64,000 nt of DNA from Christensenella sp. UBA1685 (lineage in GTDB: Bacteria; Bacillota; Clostridia; Christensenellales; CAG-138), in NCBI GenBank assembly GCA_002320595.1, contig DCKB01000010.1, positions 3,305 through 67,304 on the forward strand, given 5' to 3'. This document shows positions 9,505 through 19,958 of this stretch, in pieces. Made by a program: the position numbers and the translations under genes. Positions within the stretch are counted from its first letter, which is position 1; each line of letters begins with the position of its first letter. The notes under the pieces are model-generated. The model had not been told where the DNA came from. It saw nothing but the letters and a program-made list of their open reading frames with translations, and made no database searches.

Positions 9505-9957
9505 TCAGATGAGGCCGTCGTTATCGTTCTCATCGTTGCCGATCACGTCATAGTTGGTGGGAGCTACGACGAAGATGCCGCGGGAAATTTTGTAGATTGT
9601 TCCGTTGAGGGCGTAGATCGCGCCTGCCATGAAATCAAGGATGCGCTGTGCGCAGTCGAGTTCAAGATCCTCCATGTTCACGATCACAGGCTTGCGGCTC
9701 TTGAGATTATCGATGATGTTTTGTGTATCCTCATAGCTGATAGGATGATACACAATCATCTTCTGCTGCGCCGCCGAGGGAAGGTTGACGACGTTGCTGT
9801 TCGCTGCCGCGGACTTACTGCGGCCGCGGTTGCCGATGCTCACAACGTTGTCAGCATCCCTGGAATCCTCTTCATAGAGATCATCCATGTATTCGTCCTC
9901 TGCATCCGTCTCCTCAATTCCGATATAATCGAGGAACTTGTTCAACAATCCTGCCAT
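9505..9957 (-). CDS. sepF: Cell division protein SepF
   Basis: 150 aa. C-terminus IVYHPISYEDTQNIIDNLKSRKPVIVNMEDLELDCAQRILDFMAGAIYALNGTIYKIS matches the SepF core; sits downstream of ylmE. Confidence 0.9.
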   Translation of the reverse strand: MAGLLNKFLDYIGIEETDAEDEYMDDLYEEDSRDADNVVSIGNRGRSKSAAANSNVVNLPSAAQQKMIVYHPISYEDTQNIIDNLKSRKPVIVNMEDLELDCAQRILDFMAGAIYALNGTIYKISRGIFVVAPTNYDVIGNDENDNDGLI

Positions 9958-10041
9958 TTTTTATATTCCTCCAAAAATTATTTTAATTGGCGCTTGGAGA
10001 AATACCGCTCGACCCGAAATTTGCGGAGAACTGATCTCTGT

Positions 10042-10746
10042 TTACGTTCTCGCAGCAGCGTATTGCCTGGCCCCAAACAGGGCTGTGCCCACGCGGATCA
10101 TCGTGGCGCCTTCGGCAATTGCCGCCATATAATCCCCGCTCATGCCCATAGAAAGCTGCTCCATTGAGACGTTTGAAAGCTGATTGCTGCCAAGCGTTTC
10201 AAACAGCGCCCGCATCTTTGCAAAGTAAGGGCGCGCCCCGTCTTCGCCCACCGCTGGCGGGATGCACATCAGCCCCTTCACACGGATGCCGTTCATGGCG
10301 GAAATCATCTCTAAAAACCCAGGAAGCTCGTCCGGCCCGATGCCGCCCTTTTGCGCCTCGCCGCCGATGTTGACTTCAATCATCACATCCTGCACCACGC
10401 CCGCGCGTGCTGCCAGGCGGTCAATTTCCTGCGCGAGCGCCAAGCGGTCCACGGACTGGATCATATCGACCTTCCCGATGATATATTTTACCTTATTTGT
10501 CTGCAATTGTCCAATTAAATTCACCTCTGCGCCGCGTGCGCGAAAGAATTCGAGTTTTCCTGTGAGCTCCTGCACGCGGTTTTCTCCCACGGCCGTCACA
10601 CCGCAGTCAAGCGCCTCTGAAATGCGCGCTTCTTCCACGAATTTCGTAACGGCAATCAGCTTGACCGTATTCACATCCCGCCCGGCCCTTGCGGCCGCCT
10701 TTTCCATGTTTTCGCGAATTGTCAAATAATTCTCCCGAATGCTCAT
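10042..10746 (-). CDS. ylmE: YggS/YlmE-family PLP homeostasis protein
   Basis: VKLIAVTKF...GENRVQE...LIGQLQTNKVKY...SMGMSGDY...IRVGTALFG signature; 234 aa. Confidence 0.9.
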   Translation of the reverse strand: MSIRENYLTIRENMEKAAARAGRDVNTVKLIAVTKFVEEARISEALDCGVTAVGENRVQELTGKLEFFRARGAEVNLIGQLQTNKVKYIIGKVDMIQSVDRLALAQEIDRLAARAGVVQDVMIEVNIGGEAQKGGIGPDELPGFLEMISAMNGIRVKGLMCIPPAVGEDGARPYFAKMRALFETLGSNQLSNVSMEQLSMGMSGDYMAAIAEGATMIRVGTALFGARQYAAART

Positions 10747-11927
10747 GGCTTCACATACCTCTGCCCCGCCGCGATTGGATTCGCAGCGTCCTTCGTCTGA
10801 ATTAGCGCATTTTCTTCATCCTTTGCAAGGATGTTTACCGCAACCTCATGTTCCTCACCGCCCGTGCGCAGCATGATGTATGCCGCACCGTCATGCATGG
10901 CAACAGCATCCAACGGCACCAGAAGTCCGCTTGCTTCCATGGAAACCGTAGCGTTTACGGTACGTGCGTTCAAAAGCGCGCCGATCGGCTCTGTAAATTC
11001 GAGCAGATTGACTACCCCGCCATCGTAAACTGCCGCTTCAAGCGCCGCAGCGGTAAACAGCTTGTCCGGCACCCCCTCAAACTGAACTGTGTATTGTGCG
11101 CCTGCAAGCGTGCGCAGCGGCTCGTTCTTCCCCGTCAGGAAGGCAACATGCCAACGGTTGGGGTTTACGAGGCGGTAAAGCAGGTTCTCCGCGCTGCCCC
11201 CCGCCATGTTCGCCGTATTTTTCAAGGCATTTGAAATGAGTTCAGGGTTGAGCATGCCAAGCTTGTCATAATTGAGCGCCTGCTCATATCCGTCGAAATA
11301 GAAGCTGACGACCCCTGCGCCGGAAGCCGTCACTTCCGTAACATAGGACGCAAGCTGCTCCTGCTTTGTCTGTTCGGCAGCATAGAGCGCGCTCAGCGCT
11401 TCTGTGGGCTGCACGGTATTGCGCAGATACTCCTTGCGCTGCGCCAGCAGCAATGCAAGCTCGTTTTCCAACGCTAAAAGGTCGCCTTCCCCGCCAAGCA
11501 AGCGCGTGCGGATGGCCAACCGTTTCTGGGCAATCTGCAGTTCAATGTTCGCAAGATTCGCATTCTCAACCCCGGAAAGCAGCGCCGTCTGCGCCTCGTA
11601 GATCTGTGTTTCCACGGTGATGAGGGATTGCATCATGTCATCGCTGTATCCCCACTTGAATACCCGCGCTATGGGCATGCCTTCATAGCTTTCTGCGCCT
11701 TCGGCCGCCTGGAACATCACCTTGTCGTATTTATCCACGGTAACGCTCATTTCATCGCGAATCACAATGCCCTTAACCGCAAGCTCCATCCGCATCGTGC
11801 CCGTTTCGAGCGTGCCGCCGCCCGAATCCGAAAGCAAAAGCACGACCGCCACGGTCACAGCGACGAGCATGAGTGCAAGCAGCATATAAAATTTTCCAGT
11901 AAAGCGTACCCTTCTGCGCCTTGCCAT
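10743..11927 (-). CDS. HlyD-like / membrane-fusion-type coiled-coil protein (division-cluster associated)
   Basis: N-terminal TM anchor, central coiled coil (ANIELQIAQKRLAIRTRLL...LALENELALLLAQRKEY), beta-rich C-terminus. Overlaps the ylmE start by 4 nt. Confidence 0.45.
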   Translation of the reverse strand: MARRRRVRFTGKFYMLLALMLVAVTVAVVLLLSDSGGGTLETGTMRMELAVKGIVIRDEMSVTVDKYDKVMFQAAEGAESYEGMPIARVFKWGYSDDMMQSLITVETQIYEAQTALLSGVENANLANIELQIAQKRLAIRTRLLGGEGDLLALENELALLLAQRKEYLRNTVQPTEALSALYAAEQTKQEQLASYVTEVTASGAGVVSFYFDGYEQALNYDKLGMLNPELISNALKNTANMAGGSAENLLYRLVNPNRWHVAFLTGKNEPLRTLAGAQYTVQFEGVPDKLFTAAALEAAVYDGGVVNLLEFTEPIGALLNARTVNATVSMEASGLLVPLDAVAMHDGAAYIMLRTGGEEHEVAVNILAKDEENALIQTKDAANPIAAGQRYVKP

Positions 11928-12046
11928 GTCTCCTCCGCAATGCCGTAATATCTAAATTATCCCATCTATTTTACAGCGTTGCGGACGCTTTTGAAAGAGC
12001 GTCCGCAAATCTTTTGCGGATTTTTCATTTTTTTGCTTTCTGTGCA

Positions 12047-13318
12047 TCAGGCTTTTCCGGTTTGCAGCATCCTCTCCAGCTTATCCGAAAGGCTTCCCAT
12101 ACGCCCCACAGCCGAAGCGCACATCTCATTTGCATCAAGCACCTTGGGGAGGATCGCCTGCACATCCTCCATGGTGATGCCCTCAATCCGCCGCATGATC
12201 TCCTCTTCGGAATACACTTTGCCGCGCAGAAGTTCCATTTTCCCGATGGCATTGTTGCGTGCCGAGGTGCTTTCCTGCCCGAGCATGTAGCTTCCCTTGA
12301 GCTGCTCCTTGCTGCGGGTGAATTCCTCCTCTGAAAGGCCCTTGCGCCGGAGCTTTTCAAGCTCTTCCAGAATCAGGGACGTTACCTGCTCTGCCGTGCT
12401 CTCGCCGGTGCCTGCATATAAGGCAAAATAGCCCGTCTGCGTATAAGAAGAGGGATAGGAATAAACCGAATACGCCAACCCGCGCGCCTCACGGATGCTT
12501 TGGAACAGACGGGAGCTCATGCTGCCGCCCAACGCGTTATTGAGCACAAACAACGCATATTGCCCATCCTCATCCAAGGCGAAGCCGGGAAACCCAAGGC
12601 AGAGATGCACCTGCTCAATATCCTTTTCCACCGCGCGGAACCGATGCCCTCCCGTAAGCGCGCTCACCTTGCGCGCACTACGCTCGCCAAGTCCGCCGCC
12701 CGAAAAACGCCGGTTCAGCTCATCCATCAGCCTTTGCCGTTCAAAATGCCCGGCGCAGGAAATCACGATATTATTCGGCATATAATGCCGGCCCATATAA
12801 TCCATGAGCGTTTCGCGCGTAAAAGCGCGCACACTTTCCTGCGTGCCCAAAATGGGGTTTGCAAGCGGCGTGTTCTCATAAAGCAGCGAGCAGAGCGTTT
12901 CATGCGCTACATCCTCCGGAGAATCCTCCGTCATAAGGATTTCCTCGCAAACCACGCCTTTTTCACGTTCGATGTCGGCTTCGTCAAATTTCGAATTGCG
13001 CACCAGGTCGGAAAGCATGTCCGCTGCGCGGGGCAGATGCTCATCCAAAACCTTGGCGTAAAAGCAGGTGCATTCCTTCGCGGTAAACGCGTTCAGATTG
13101 CCGCCGATTGCATCCATCTCCGCAGCGATCTGGGCCGCAGTGCGCCGCTCGGTTCCCTTGAACAGCATATGTTCAATGAAATGGGATGCGCCCGCGTCCG
13201 CTCCGCTTTCGCAAACGGAGCCGGCGTCGATCCACACGCCCATTGAAACGGAACGGTAATGCTCCATCGGCTCGCCGATTACGCGGATGCCGTTTTCCAA
13301 CTTGTCACGAAAAACCAT
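12047..13318 (-). CDS. M16-family zinc peptidase (MlpA/YmxG-like)
   Basis: HFIEHMLFKGT (HxxEH zinc motif). 423 aa. In the pnp-ylxY-mlpA order known from Bacillus subtilis. Confidence 0.85.
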   Translation of the reverse strand: MVFRDKLENGIRVIGEPMEHYRSVSMGVWIDAGSVCESGADAGASHFIEHMLFKGTERRTAAQIAAEMDAIGGNLNAFTAKECTCFYAKVLDEHLPRAADMLSDLVRNSKFDEADIEREKGVVCEEILMTEDSPEDVAHETLCSLLYENTPLANPILGTQESVRAFTRETLMDYMGRHYMPNNIVISCAGHFERQRLMDELNRRFSGGGLGERSARKVSALTGGHRFRAVEKDIEQVHLCLGFPGFALDEDGQYALFVLNNALGGSMSSRLFQSIREARGLAYSVYSYPSSYTQTGYFALYAGTGESTAEQVTSLILEELEKLRRKGLSEEEFTRSKEQLKGSYMLGQESTSARNNAIGKMELLRGKVYSEEEIMRRIEGITMEDVQAILPKVLDANEMCASAVGRMGSLSDKLERMLQTGKA

Positions 13319-13321
13319 TGT

Positions 13322-14017
13322 TTACCCTAAGCCGAGCACATCGCCTACGCGCACGGCTTCCAATCCTTTCCCTTTAAATCCGTTGAGCAGCCCGGGCAGA
13401 GCCTCCGCAGCGGCGGCCGTTGGCTGCATCAGTAGTATACTTCCTTCAATCGGGTCATTCAATCCGCGCTGTTTTATTTCTTCCGCACTGCCGGCCGCAC
13501 AGCGCAAATCCAACGTAGACAGAACATGCGTAAGGCCAAGCTTCTTTGCTGCGCGTGCAGAAACGGTCACATTGCGCGCGCCGGAATAATAAAGCAAAGG
13601 GCGCACGCCGCAGGCAGCTTCAATTTTATCCAGCGAAACGGCAACGTCGCGCTGCACCTCGGACAGCTTTCCATCAAGGGAAGGGTCATTCCCCATGGTG
13701 GCAATCTCATGCCCGTCCGCAGCCATGCGAAGCAACAGCGCCGCATTGTTTTCCGCCCAAGCTCCGCTGACGGCAAACGTAGCTTTCGCCCCATGCGCAG
13801 CAAGCGCATCCAAAATGGAATCAAGCGATGCAGCCTCCCATGAAACGGCGAACTGCAGCGCAATGGCATCCTCCGCGCGGCCGCGGTAAGCAGGCGCATA
13901 ATAAAGCTGAGCCACCGCAGCCGCAGCATCGGGCCGGCTGGTGGCAAAATAAAGCGCTGCGATCAAAAGAATCAGCAAAAGGTTCACAAGCGCTCCGCTT
14001 CGTTTCCGCATCTTCAT
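13322..14017 (-). CDS. Polysaccharide deacetylase family protein (YlxY/PdaB-like)
   Basis: ORF 13322..14062, trimmed to ATG 14017 (GGGGGAGG upstream). TM anchor, then LQFAVSWEA...ATFAVSGAWAENN...DGHEIATMG (NodB-type). Confidence 0.7.
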   Translation of the reverse strand: MKMRKRSGALVNLLLILLIAALYFATSRPDAAAAVAQLYYAPAYRGRAEDAIALQFAVSWEAASLDSILDALAAHGAKATFAVSGAWAENNAALLLRMAADGHEIATMGNDPSLDGKLSEVQRDVAVSLDKIEAACGVRPLLYYSGARNVTVSARAAKKLGLTHVLSTLDLRCAAGSAEEIKQRGLNDPIEGSILLMQPTAAAAEALPGLLNGFKGKGLEAVRVGDVLGLG

Positions 14018-14091
14018 GGTTTCCTCCCCCGCATGTCCGTACTCTCGGTTTATGGTATTCACCTTGCGGGAGAATTATGAAACGGAACGCT

Positions 14092-14121
14092 GTGCGGGAG
14101 GGGGAATTCCCCCTCCCGCAC
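14092..14121 (-). terminator. 13-bp perfect-stem hairpin between pnp and the deacetylase gene (terminator/processing site)
   Basis: GTGCGGGAGGGGG-AATT-CCCCCTCCCGCAC. No clear U-tract on the minus strand, so it may only attenuate. Confidence 0.45.
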
Positions 14122-14140
14122 CTGCTTTTCTTTGTTGTTT

Positions 14141-16246
14141 TTATTTGTCGTTCTTTTTGTCGTTCGGCAGCAGGCCCTTGCGGGTCAGGTCAATCTTGCC
14201 GTCCGGCTTGATGTCGATCACGCGCACAAGGATCTCGTCCCCAACGGAAACAACGTCCTCAACGCGTTCCACAAACTTATTGTCGAGGTTCTTGATGTGC
14301 ACAAGGCCCTTCTTGCCGGGCTTAAGCTCAACCTGCGCGCCGATTGGCAGGATGTTGACCACCTTGCCGAGGAATACTTCGCCGACCTCAATGTCCTTCA
14401 CAATGCTGTCTATGATTTTCTTCGCCGCAGCGGAAGCTTCCGCATCGGGCGAGAGGATGAACACGCGGCCGTCGTCCTCGATATCGATCTTCACGCCGGT
14501 ATCGGCAATGATTTTGTTGATGGTCTTTCCGCCGGAACCGATGACCTCGCGGATCTTATCCGGATGGATGGTGAACTGCAGTACGCGCGGCGCAAACGGA
14601 CTGATCTCAGCGCGTGGCGCAGAGATGGTCTCCATCATCTTGTCGAGGATGAAGAGACGGCCGCGGCGTGCCTGCTCCAGAGCACGGGTGAGAATCTGCT
14701 CATCAATGCCCTTGATCTTAATATCCATTTGGATGGCAGTGATTCCCTCACGGGTACCTGCCACTTTGAAGTCCATATCGCCCAGGAAATCTTCAAGGCC
14801 CTGAATGTCGGTCAAAACCGCGATGTTGCCGTTGTCCACATCCTTAATGAGGCCCATCGCAACGCCCGCAACAGGCTTTTTGATCGGCACGCCGGCATCC
14901 ATAAGCGCCATGGTGCTCGCGCAGATGGAGGCTTGGGAAGTGGAGCCGTTCGAGCTGATGACTTCGGACACGAGGCGGATTGCATACGGGAATTCCTCCT
15001 CGGAGGGCAGCATGGGGACAAGCGCGCGCTCCGCCAGTGCGCCGTGGCCGATCTCGCGGCGGCCGGGGCTGCGCACCGGGCGCGTTTCGCCTACGCTGTA
15101 CGGCGGCATGTTGTACTGATGCATATAGCGCTTGAAGGTATCCTCGCTGATTCCATCCAACGTCTGCCCTTCATCGAGTGCGCCAAGGGTGGCAATGGTC
15201 ATAACCTGCGTCTGCCCCCGGGTAAAAACAGCGCTGCCGTGCGTGCGCGGAAGGATGCCGACCTCGCTCCAAATGGGGCGGATTTCCTCCTGCTTGCGGC
15301 CATCCGGACGGATGCCGCGGTTAATGATCTTATCGCGGACGATTTCCTTGGTGATGTTATACAGGATCGCATCCACATCCTTTGCAGAATCCGGGAAGTT
15401 CTCCGCAAAATGCTCCGTCACCTCGGCCTTGACCTCTGCAGAACGGGCCTCGCGCTCCTTGCGGTCGAACGTGTCAAGCGACCATTCAACCTTGTCCATT
15501 GCGTATTCGCGCACGAGTGCAACGAACTCGGGATCGGGCTGATAGATGTTCACTTCCATCTTCGGCTTGCCGATTTCAGCGGCAATGCTTTCGATGAAGG
15601 AGACGATTTGCTTGATGGTTTCATGGGCAAGCAGGATCGCCTTGAGCATTTCCGCCTCGGTCAGCTCGTTTGCGCCGGCCTCAACCATCATGACCGCATC
15701 GCGCGTTCCGGCAACGGTCAGGCTCAGGCGGCTCTTTTCGCGCTCGGCGCTGTTTGGATTGATGATGTATTCACCGTCCACATAGCCCACGCTCACGGCG
15801 CCAGTGGGGCCCATGAAGGGTGCGTCGCTGATGGAAAGGGCGATGGAAGAGCCGATCATGGCAAGTATTTCGGGCTGCACATCCGGTTCCACGGAAAGGA
15901 CTGTGGCAATCACCTGAATGTCGTTGTAAAAGCCCTTGGGGAACAGCGGGCGCAGCGGCCTGTCAATGAGGCGGCTTGCGAGGATCGCACGCTCGGAAGG
16001 GCGGCCTTCGCGCTTGATGAATCCACCGGGGATCTTGCCCACGGAATACATCTTTTCTTCAAATTCCACGCTCAGCGGAAGGAAATCCACACCGTCACGC
16101 GGCGCTTTTGCCACCGTTGCGCACACGAGCACCGCAGTATCCCCGCAGCGCACCAGCGCGGATCCGCCGGCTTGTTCAGCATATTTACCTGTTTCGACGG
16201 TCAGCGTTCTTCCCGCCAGTTGCATTGAAAATGTTTTTCCCTGCAT
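14141..16246 (-). CDS. pnp: Polyribonucleotide nucleotidyltransferase (PNPase)
   Basis: 701 aa. Two RNase PH domains, then KH and S1 ([28 protein letters not shown]); [18 protein letters not shown] at the N-terminus. Confidence 0.97.
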   Translation of the reverse strand: MQGKTFSMQLAGRTLTVETGKYAEQAGGSALVRCGDTAVLVCATVAKAPRDGVDFLPLSVEFEEKMYSVGKIPGGFIKREGRPSERAILASRLIDRPLRPLFPKGFYNDIQVIATVLSVEPDVQPEILAMIGSSIALSISDAPFMGPTGAVSVGYVDGEYIINPNSAEREKSRLSLTVAGTRDAVMMVEAGANELTEAEMLKAILLAHETIKQIVSFIESIAAEIGKPKMEVNIYQPDPEFVALVREYAMDKVEWSLDTFDRKEREARSAEVKAEVTEHFAENFPDSAKDVDAILYNITKEIVRDKIINRGIRPDGRKQEEIRPIWSEVGILPRTHGSAVFTRGQTQVMTIATLGALDEGQTLDGISEDTFKRYMHQYNMPPYSVGETRPVRSPGRREIGHGALAERALVPMLPSEEEFPYAIRLVSEVISSNGSTSQASICASTMALMDAGVPIKKPVAGVAMGLIKDVDNGNIAVLTDIQGLEDFLGDMDFKVAGTREGITAIQMDIKIKGIDEQILTRALEQARRGRLFILDKMMETISAPRAEISPFAPRVLQFTIHPDKIREVIGSGGKTINKIIADTGVKIDIEDDGRVFILSPDAEASAAAKKIIDSIVKDIEVGEVFLGKVVNILPIGAQVELKPGKKGLVHIKNLDNKFVERVEDVVSVGDEILVRVIDIKPDGKIDLTRKGLLPNDKKNDK

Positions 16247-16577
16247 GTCTTCATGCTCCTTTGTTCTTTCATATTAATTTCAAACTATTTTATTATAGCG
16301 CATTTCCCTAGAAAAATCATCACTTTTATTCCAATTTGCATATATTTTTTGCCTTTCATCTCCGCTATTCTGCTTTAACAAATATTATCATCCGTTAACA
16401 GCATTCTCGGATCGTTCGCGAGATGGCCCCACCTTTCCTTTTGTTTTATTCGCAGGCGTCACGCCCGTTCCATTGACAAACAATCGCACCTAATATATCA
16501 TGATTTATGACGTTTGTTTGCCCTTGTCAACTGAAGGTTCAGTTTCATGAACAGCGCCCAATCGGAGGAAAATCGAT

Positions 16578-16940
16578 ATGCAAGAAATGGAAAAGCCTTC
16601 CCCTATTCGCAAGTTTATGGAAAAAACCGCAAAGCGCAAAACGTTTTATATTTCCGATGTTTTTGCCGTATTCTGGCTTTTGCTTTTTTTACTCGTCCGC
16701 CCTACTTGGCCTGAGGTTGTCGCCTTTTTTCACCTGATTGCGTTTTTTCTGCTGCTTCCTCCTGTTTGGGGAAATTGGCGAAATGCCTTCCTTTTGCCGC
16801 CCGACCCGTATACCCGGAATAAAGTCCAAAATGGAGCGCGTGCGACCATTTATCTCCATATATTGCTTGCCACATATTGTGCATTTGTTGCCGTGAGAAC
16901 ATATTCGCGCGGTTGGATAAGTTTCCCCGCCTGGTGGTAA
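16578..16940 (+). CDS. Hypothetical small membrane protein
   Basis: GGAGG 8 nt upstream of the ATG; TTGACA-17-TATCAT promoter at 16473..16501. Three hydrophobic segments; no motif recognised. Confidence 0.45.
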   Translation: MQEMEKPSPIRKFMEKTAKRKTFYISDVFAVFWLLLFLLVRPTWPEVVAFFHLIAFFLLLPPVWGNWRNAFLLPPDPYTRNKVQNGARATIYLHILLATYCAFVAVRTYSRGWISFPAWW

Positions 16941-17008
16941 CATGCAAAAAGGCCGGGTGGCACAATGGCAGCACCCCCGACCTTTTGCTTTTCCGAATTT
17001 AAGTCTCT

Positions 17009-17413
17009 TTATTCCGCAGTTTTTTCCGTCTCCGGAGCTTCCCCGTTTTTGCGCTTATAATAGTCCTCAATCGCGCTCTTGACGGCTTCTTCCGCAAGCA
17101 CGGAGCAATGGATTTTCTGCGGGGGAAGTCCTTCAAGCGCTTCAACCACGGCGGCGTTCGACAGCTTAAGCGCCTCGTCGATGGACTTGCCTTTAATCAT
17201 CTCCGTTGCCATGGAGGATGTGGCAATCGCCGCACCGCACCCGAATGTTTTAAAGCCGCAGTCCTCAATGATGCCGTCATCGTTTACCTTGATGAACATC
17301 TGCATAATATCGCCGCACTTTGCGTTGCCCACCATGCCCACGCCGTTAGCATCCTGCACCTCGCCCATGTTGCGCGGGTGGCTGAAATGATCCAGAACCT
17401 TTTCGGTATACAT
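17009..17413 (-). CDS. nifU: Fe-S cluster scaffold NifU/IscU
   Basis: HFSHPRNMG...GNAKCGDIM...FKTFGCGAAIATSS...IHCSVLAEEA (three conserved Cys). Confidence 0.93.
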   Translation of the reverse strand: MYTEKVLDHFSHPRNMGEVQDANGVGMVGNAKCGDIMQMFIKVNDDGIIEDCGFKTFGCGAAIATSSMATEMIKGKSIDEALKLSNAAVVEALEGLPPQKIHCSVLAEEAVKSAIEDYYKRKNGEAPETEKTAE

Positions 17414-17447
17414 CGCTTTACTCCTTACTCTCCGTGTTTAAATTTGG

Positions 17448-18608
17448 TTATGCATGGTAAAGGGGAGACATCGCACGCAGGCGCTCTGCCACCTTGGGCA
17501 GCACGTCCAGAACGTAATCAATATCCTCCTCCGTCGTTTCATCGCTCAGGGTGAGCCGCACGGAGCCGTGCGCAACCTCGTGCGAGAGACCAAGCGCAAG
17601 CAAAACATGCGACGGGTCAAGCGAGCCGGATGTACAGGCCGATCCGCTCGAGGCTGCGATGCCGTTCATATCCAGCATCAACAGGATAGACTCGCCTTCG
17701 ATGTATTTGATGCTGTAATTCACATTGTTCGGCAGGCGCATCGTCGGATGCCCGTTGAGCTTCACCTCCGGAATGCGTTGTGCAATGCCTGCGATGAGCT
17801 TATCCCGAAGTCTGGTCATGCGCGCTGCGCTTTCTTCAAGGGTTTGTGTGGCAAGCGCAATCGCAGCGCCAAGGCCCACAATGCCCGCAACGTTTTCCGT
17901 GCCCGCCCGGCGGTTGCGCTCCTGCGCGCCACCCATCACATAGGAAGGCAGGCGAATTCCCTTCTTCATGTAAAGCGCGCCCACGCCCTTTGGCCCATGG
18001 AACTTGTGCGCGGAAAGGGACAGCATGTCGATGTTCATGGCCTTTACATCAATCGGCACATGGCCGACAGCCTGCACCGCGTCCGTATGGAACAGCACGC
18101 CGCGTTCCCGGCAGACTTTTCCGATCTCCGCAATGGGCATGATGGTGCCAACCTCATTGTTTGCAAACATGATGGAAACAAGGATGGTCTTGTCCGTTAT
18201 GGCGTTTGCAACCTGCTCCCCCGTGACCATGCCGTTTTCGTCCACAGGGAGGTAGGTCACCTCAACCCCACGCTTTTCAAGCGCCTCGCAGGTATGCAGG
18301 ATCGCGTGATGTTCCACATTGGTCGTGATGATGTGGTTGCCTTTTTTCGCATAGCGCTCCGCAACACCGAAGAGCACCGTATTGTCGCTTTCTGTGCCGC
18401 AGCCGGTGAAAATAATCTCCTCCGGCAACGCGTTGAGGGCCTTTGCCACCTGATCGCGCGCATGGTCAACGCCCTTTCGCGCTTCTTGGCCGAAGGAATG
18501 CGGGCTGGATGGGTTGCCGTAAATGGTCGTAAGATACGGCATCATCTGCTCGAGCACCTTGGGGGAAAGCGCGGTGGTTGCCGCATTGTCAAGATAAACC
18601 TTTCTCAT
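17448..18608 (-). CDS. nifS: Cysteine desulfurase NifS
   Basis: YLDNAATT...FTGCGTESDN...SAHKFHGPKGVGALY...SSGSACTSG motifs. Confidence 0.95.
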   Translation of the reverse strand: MRKVYLDNAATTALSPKVLEQMMPYLTTIYGNPSSPHSFGQEARKGVDHARDQVAKALNALPEEIIFTGCGTESDNTVLFGVAERYAKKGNHIITTNVEHHAILHTCEALEKRGVEVTYLPVDENGMVTGEQVANAITDKTILVSIMFANNEVGTIMPIAEIGKVCRERGVLFHTDAVQAVGHVPIDVKAMNIDMLSLSAHKFHGPKGVGALYMKKGIRLPSYVMGGAQERNRRAGTENVAGIVGLGAAIALATQTLEESAARMTRLRDKLIAGIAQRIPEVKLNGHPTMRLPNNVNYSIKYIEGESILLMLDMNGIAASSGSACTSGSLDPSHVLLALGLSHEVAHGSVRLTLSDETTEEDIDYVLDVLPKVAERLRAMSPLYHA

Positions 18609-18660
18609 TCTCTATTAAAACCATCCTTTCGTTTTCGCCGTTGTGCCGCACCGCGCGGCC

Positions 18661-19107
18661 TTATTTATCGAGCGTCCGCTCCGTTTGCGTTCTGTAATCA
18701 TCCGCCATGTCCTTGAGGCTTGTTGCGGAAAGCACTTCATTGATGCTGGCCTGCAGCTTCAGCCAAAGCGGCCTTGCCGAGCAGGAGCATGCATTGTCGC
18801 AGCTGACATGCTCGGAACTCACGCAGTCGATCACCGTGGTGGAGCCTTCCAACACGCGCAGGATCTCCCCGACGTTGATCTCCTCCGGCGGGCGCGAAAG
18901 CGCATAGCCGCCCTGTGCGCCGCGGCTGGAGGTGACAAGCCCCGCCTTGCGCAGGCTGCCGATCAGCTGTTCCAGGTACGCATCGCTTATGCCCTGCTGC
19001 GCTGCAAGCGAAGCAGTGCTCACCGGGCCATTCCCATAGGCAAGCGCAAGATCAACCATGGCTTTTAAGCCATAACGCCCGCGCGTGGAAAGCTTCACGT
19101 CCCTCAC
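18661..19107 (-). CDS. Rrf2-family transcriptional regulator (IscR/CymR-like)
   Basis: KLSTRGRYGLKAMVDLA...ISDAYLEQLIGSLRKAGLV.SSRGAQGGY. Three Cys at CVSSEHVSCDNACSC. The true start may be GTG 19098. Confidence 0.9.
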   Translation of the reverse strand: MRDVKLSTRGRYGLKAMVDLALAYGNGPVSTASLAAQQGISDAYLEQLIGSLRKAGLVTSSRGAQGGYALSRPPEEINVGEILRVLEGSTTVIDCVSSEHVSCDNACSCSARPLWLKLQASINEVLSATSLKDMADDYRTQTERTLDK

Positions 19108-19142
19108 CTCAATCCCAAGTAGTTTGGTTGGATTTCGGGTAT

Positions 19143-19171
19143 ACTATACCATTGCCCAGAGGCTTTGTCAA
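19143..19171 (-). promoter_or_regulatory. Promoter of the iscR-nifS-nifU operon
   Basis: Minus strand TTGACA (19166..19171), 17 bp, TATAGT (19143..19148). Confidence 0.6.
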
Positions 19172-19314
19172 TAATTCCGAGCAAATCAGTTTGGATTTGC
19201 GTTTTGCTTTTCCTGCATGTGCAGCAAAATTTTGTTTGACAGAGATATTGTTTTGTGTTATTTTATAAATAAGTTAAAATAGATAGATCAGATTTAATAA
19301 AAGGAGGTAGGTTT

Positions 19315-19887
19315 ATGAAACTGCGGAAATTCTTGGCTCTTTTCATGTCCGTCCTCTTTATGGTTTCTCTCACCATGAGCGTTGCAACAGCAACAGACGT
19401 TCCCAATTCACCTCCAGACCTCACGCCGCAGCCCATTTTAGGCGCTGACGCACCGCATGCCCTTCAACGCATACCACTGGGCATAACCCGCTCCACAAGC
19501 CGCCCAACGACCTTTTGGAACATTGCCGTGAAAGGTGTGTACGGCGGTACGTTCACTGGCGTTACTTCTACAATTTACACAAACTATTTCTTTGATACCG
19601 GCGGGAAATCCAAATATACCATCCGTGTGGATGTAGCCAATGACTGGCCGGATGGAACAACTTTTCGAGTAAAGAATTACTGTTATACATGCGGCAGCAC
19701 GCTTTTCCCCAAGCTGCTTGGCGAAACTGGCGATATTTCCACAGATGGATCCGGCACCGGCTATCTATATTATAACATGCCGGTTTCCGGGCATGAGGAC
19801 CATTTCGTTTATCCGGGCGTGCAATGCACAGGACCATACTCCATTTCTGGCACAATCGATGTGAATTACGCTGATACGCCATGGTAA
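19315..19887 (+). CDS. Secreted hypothetical protein (190 aa)
   Basis: AGGAGG upstream. Sec signal MKLRKFLALFMSVLFMVSLTMSVATA. Gly/Thr/Tyr-rich, beta-like mature part; no motif recognised. Locally AT-shifted. Confidence 0.6.
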   Translation: MKLRKFLALFMSVLFMVSLTMSVATATDVPNSPPDLTPQPILGADAPHALQRIPLGITRSTSRPTTFWNIAVKGVYGGTFTGVTSTIYTNYFFDTGGKSKYTIRVDVANDWPDGTTFRVKNYCYTCGSTLFPKLLGETGDISTDGSGTGYLYYNMPVSGHEDHFVYPGVQCTGPYSISGTIDVNYADTPW

Positions 19888-19958
19888 ACCTCAAAGCGGC
19901 CGGCATGCAAAAAACTGCCGGCCGCTCACACTTACTTACTCTATTTGGAGGTAAGCTT

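Noticed and set aside
14132-16228. 698-aa plus-strand ORF covering almost all of pnp.
   Set aside because: It is an antisense shadow ORF, typical of GC-rich DNA. Its product is low-complexity and Arg/Ala/His-rich with no motifs, while the minus-strand frame is an unmistakable PNPase.
17454-18716. 420-aa plus-strand ORF opposite nifS. Similar long antisense ORFs are 20846..22123 (glyA), 22203..23525 (proS), 25147..26322 (M20), 37999..39309 (relA), 48231..49556 (ispDF), 51541..52998 and 53833..54792 (mfd), and 40330..41259 (recJ).
   Set aside because: All are mirror frames of well-supported genes. They lack RBSs and recognisable domains and have an Arg/His/Ala-biased composition.
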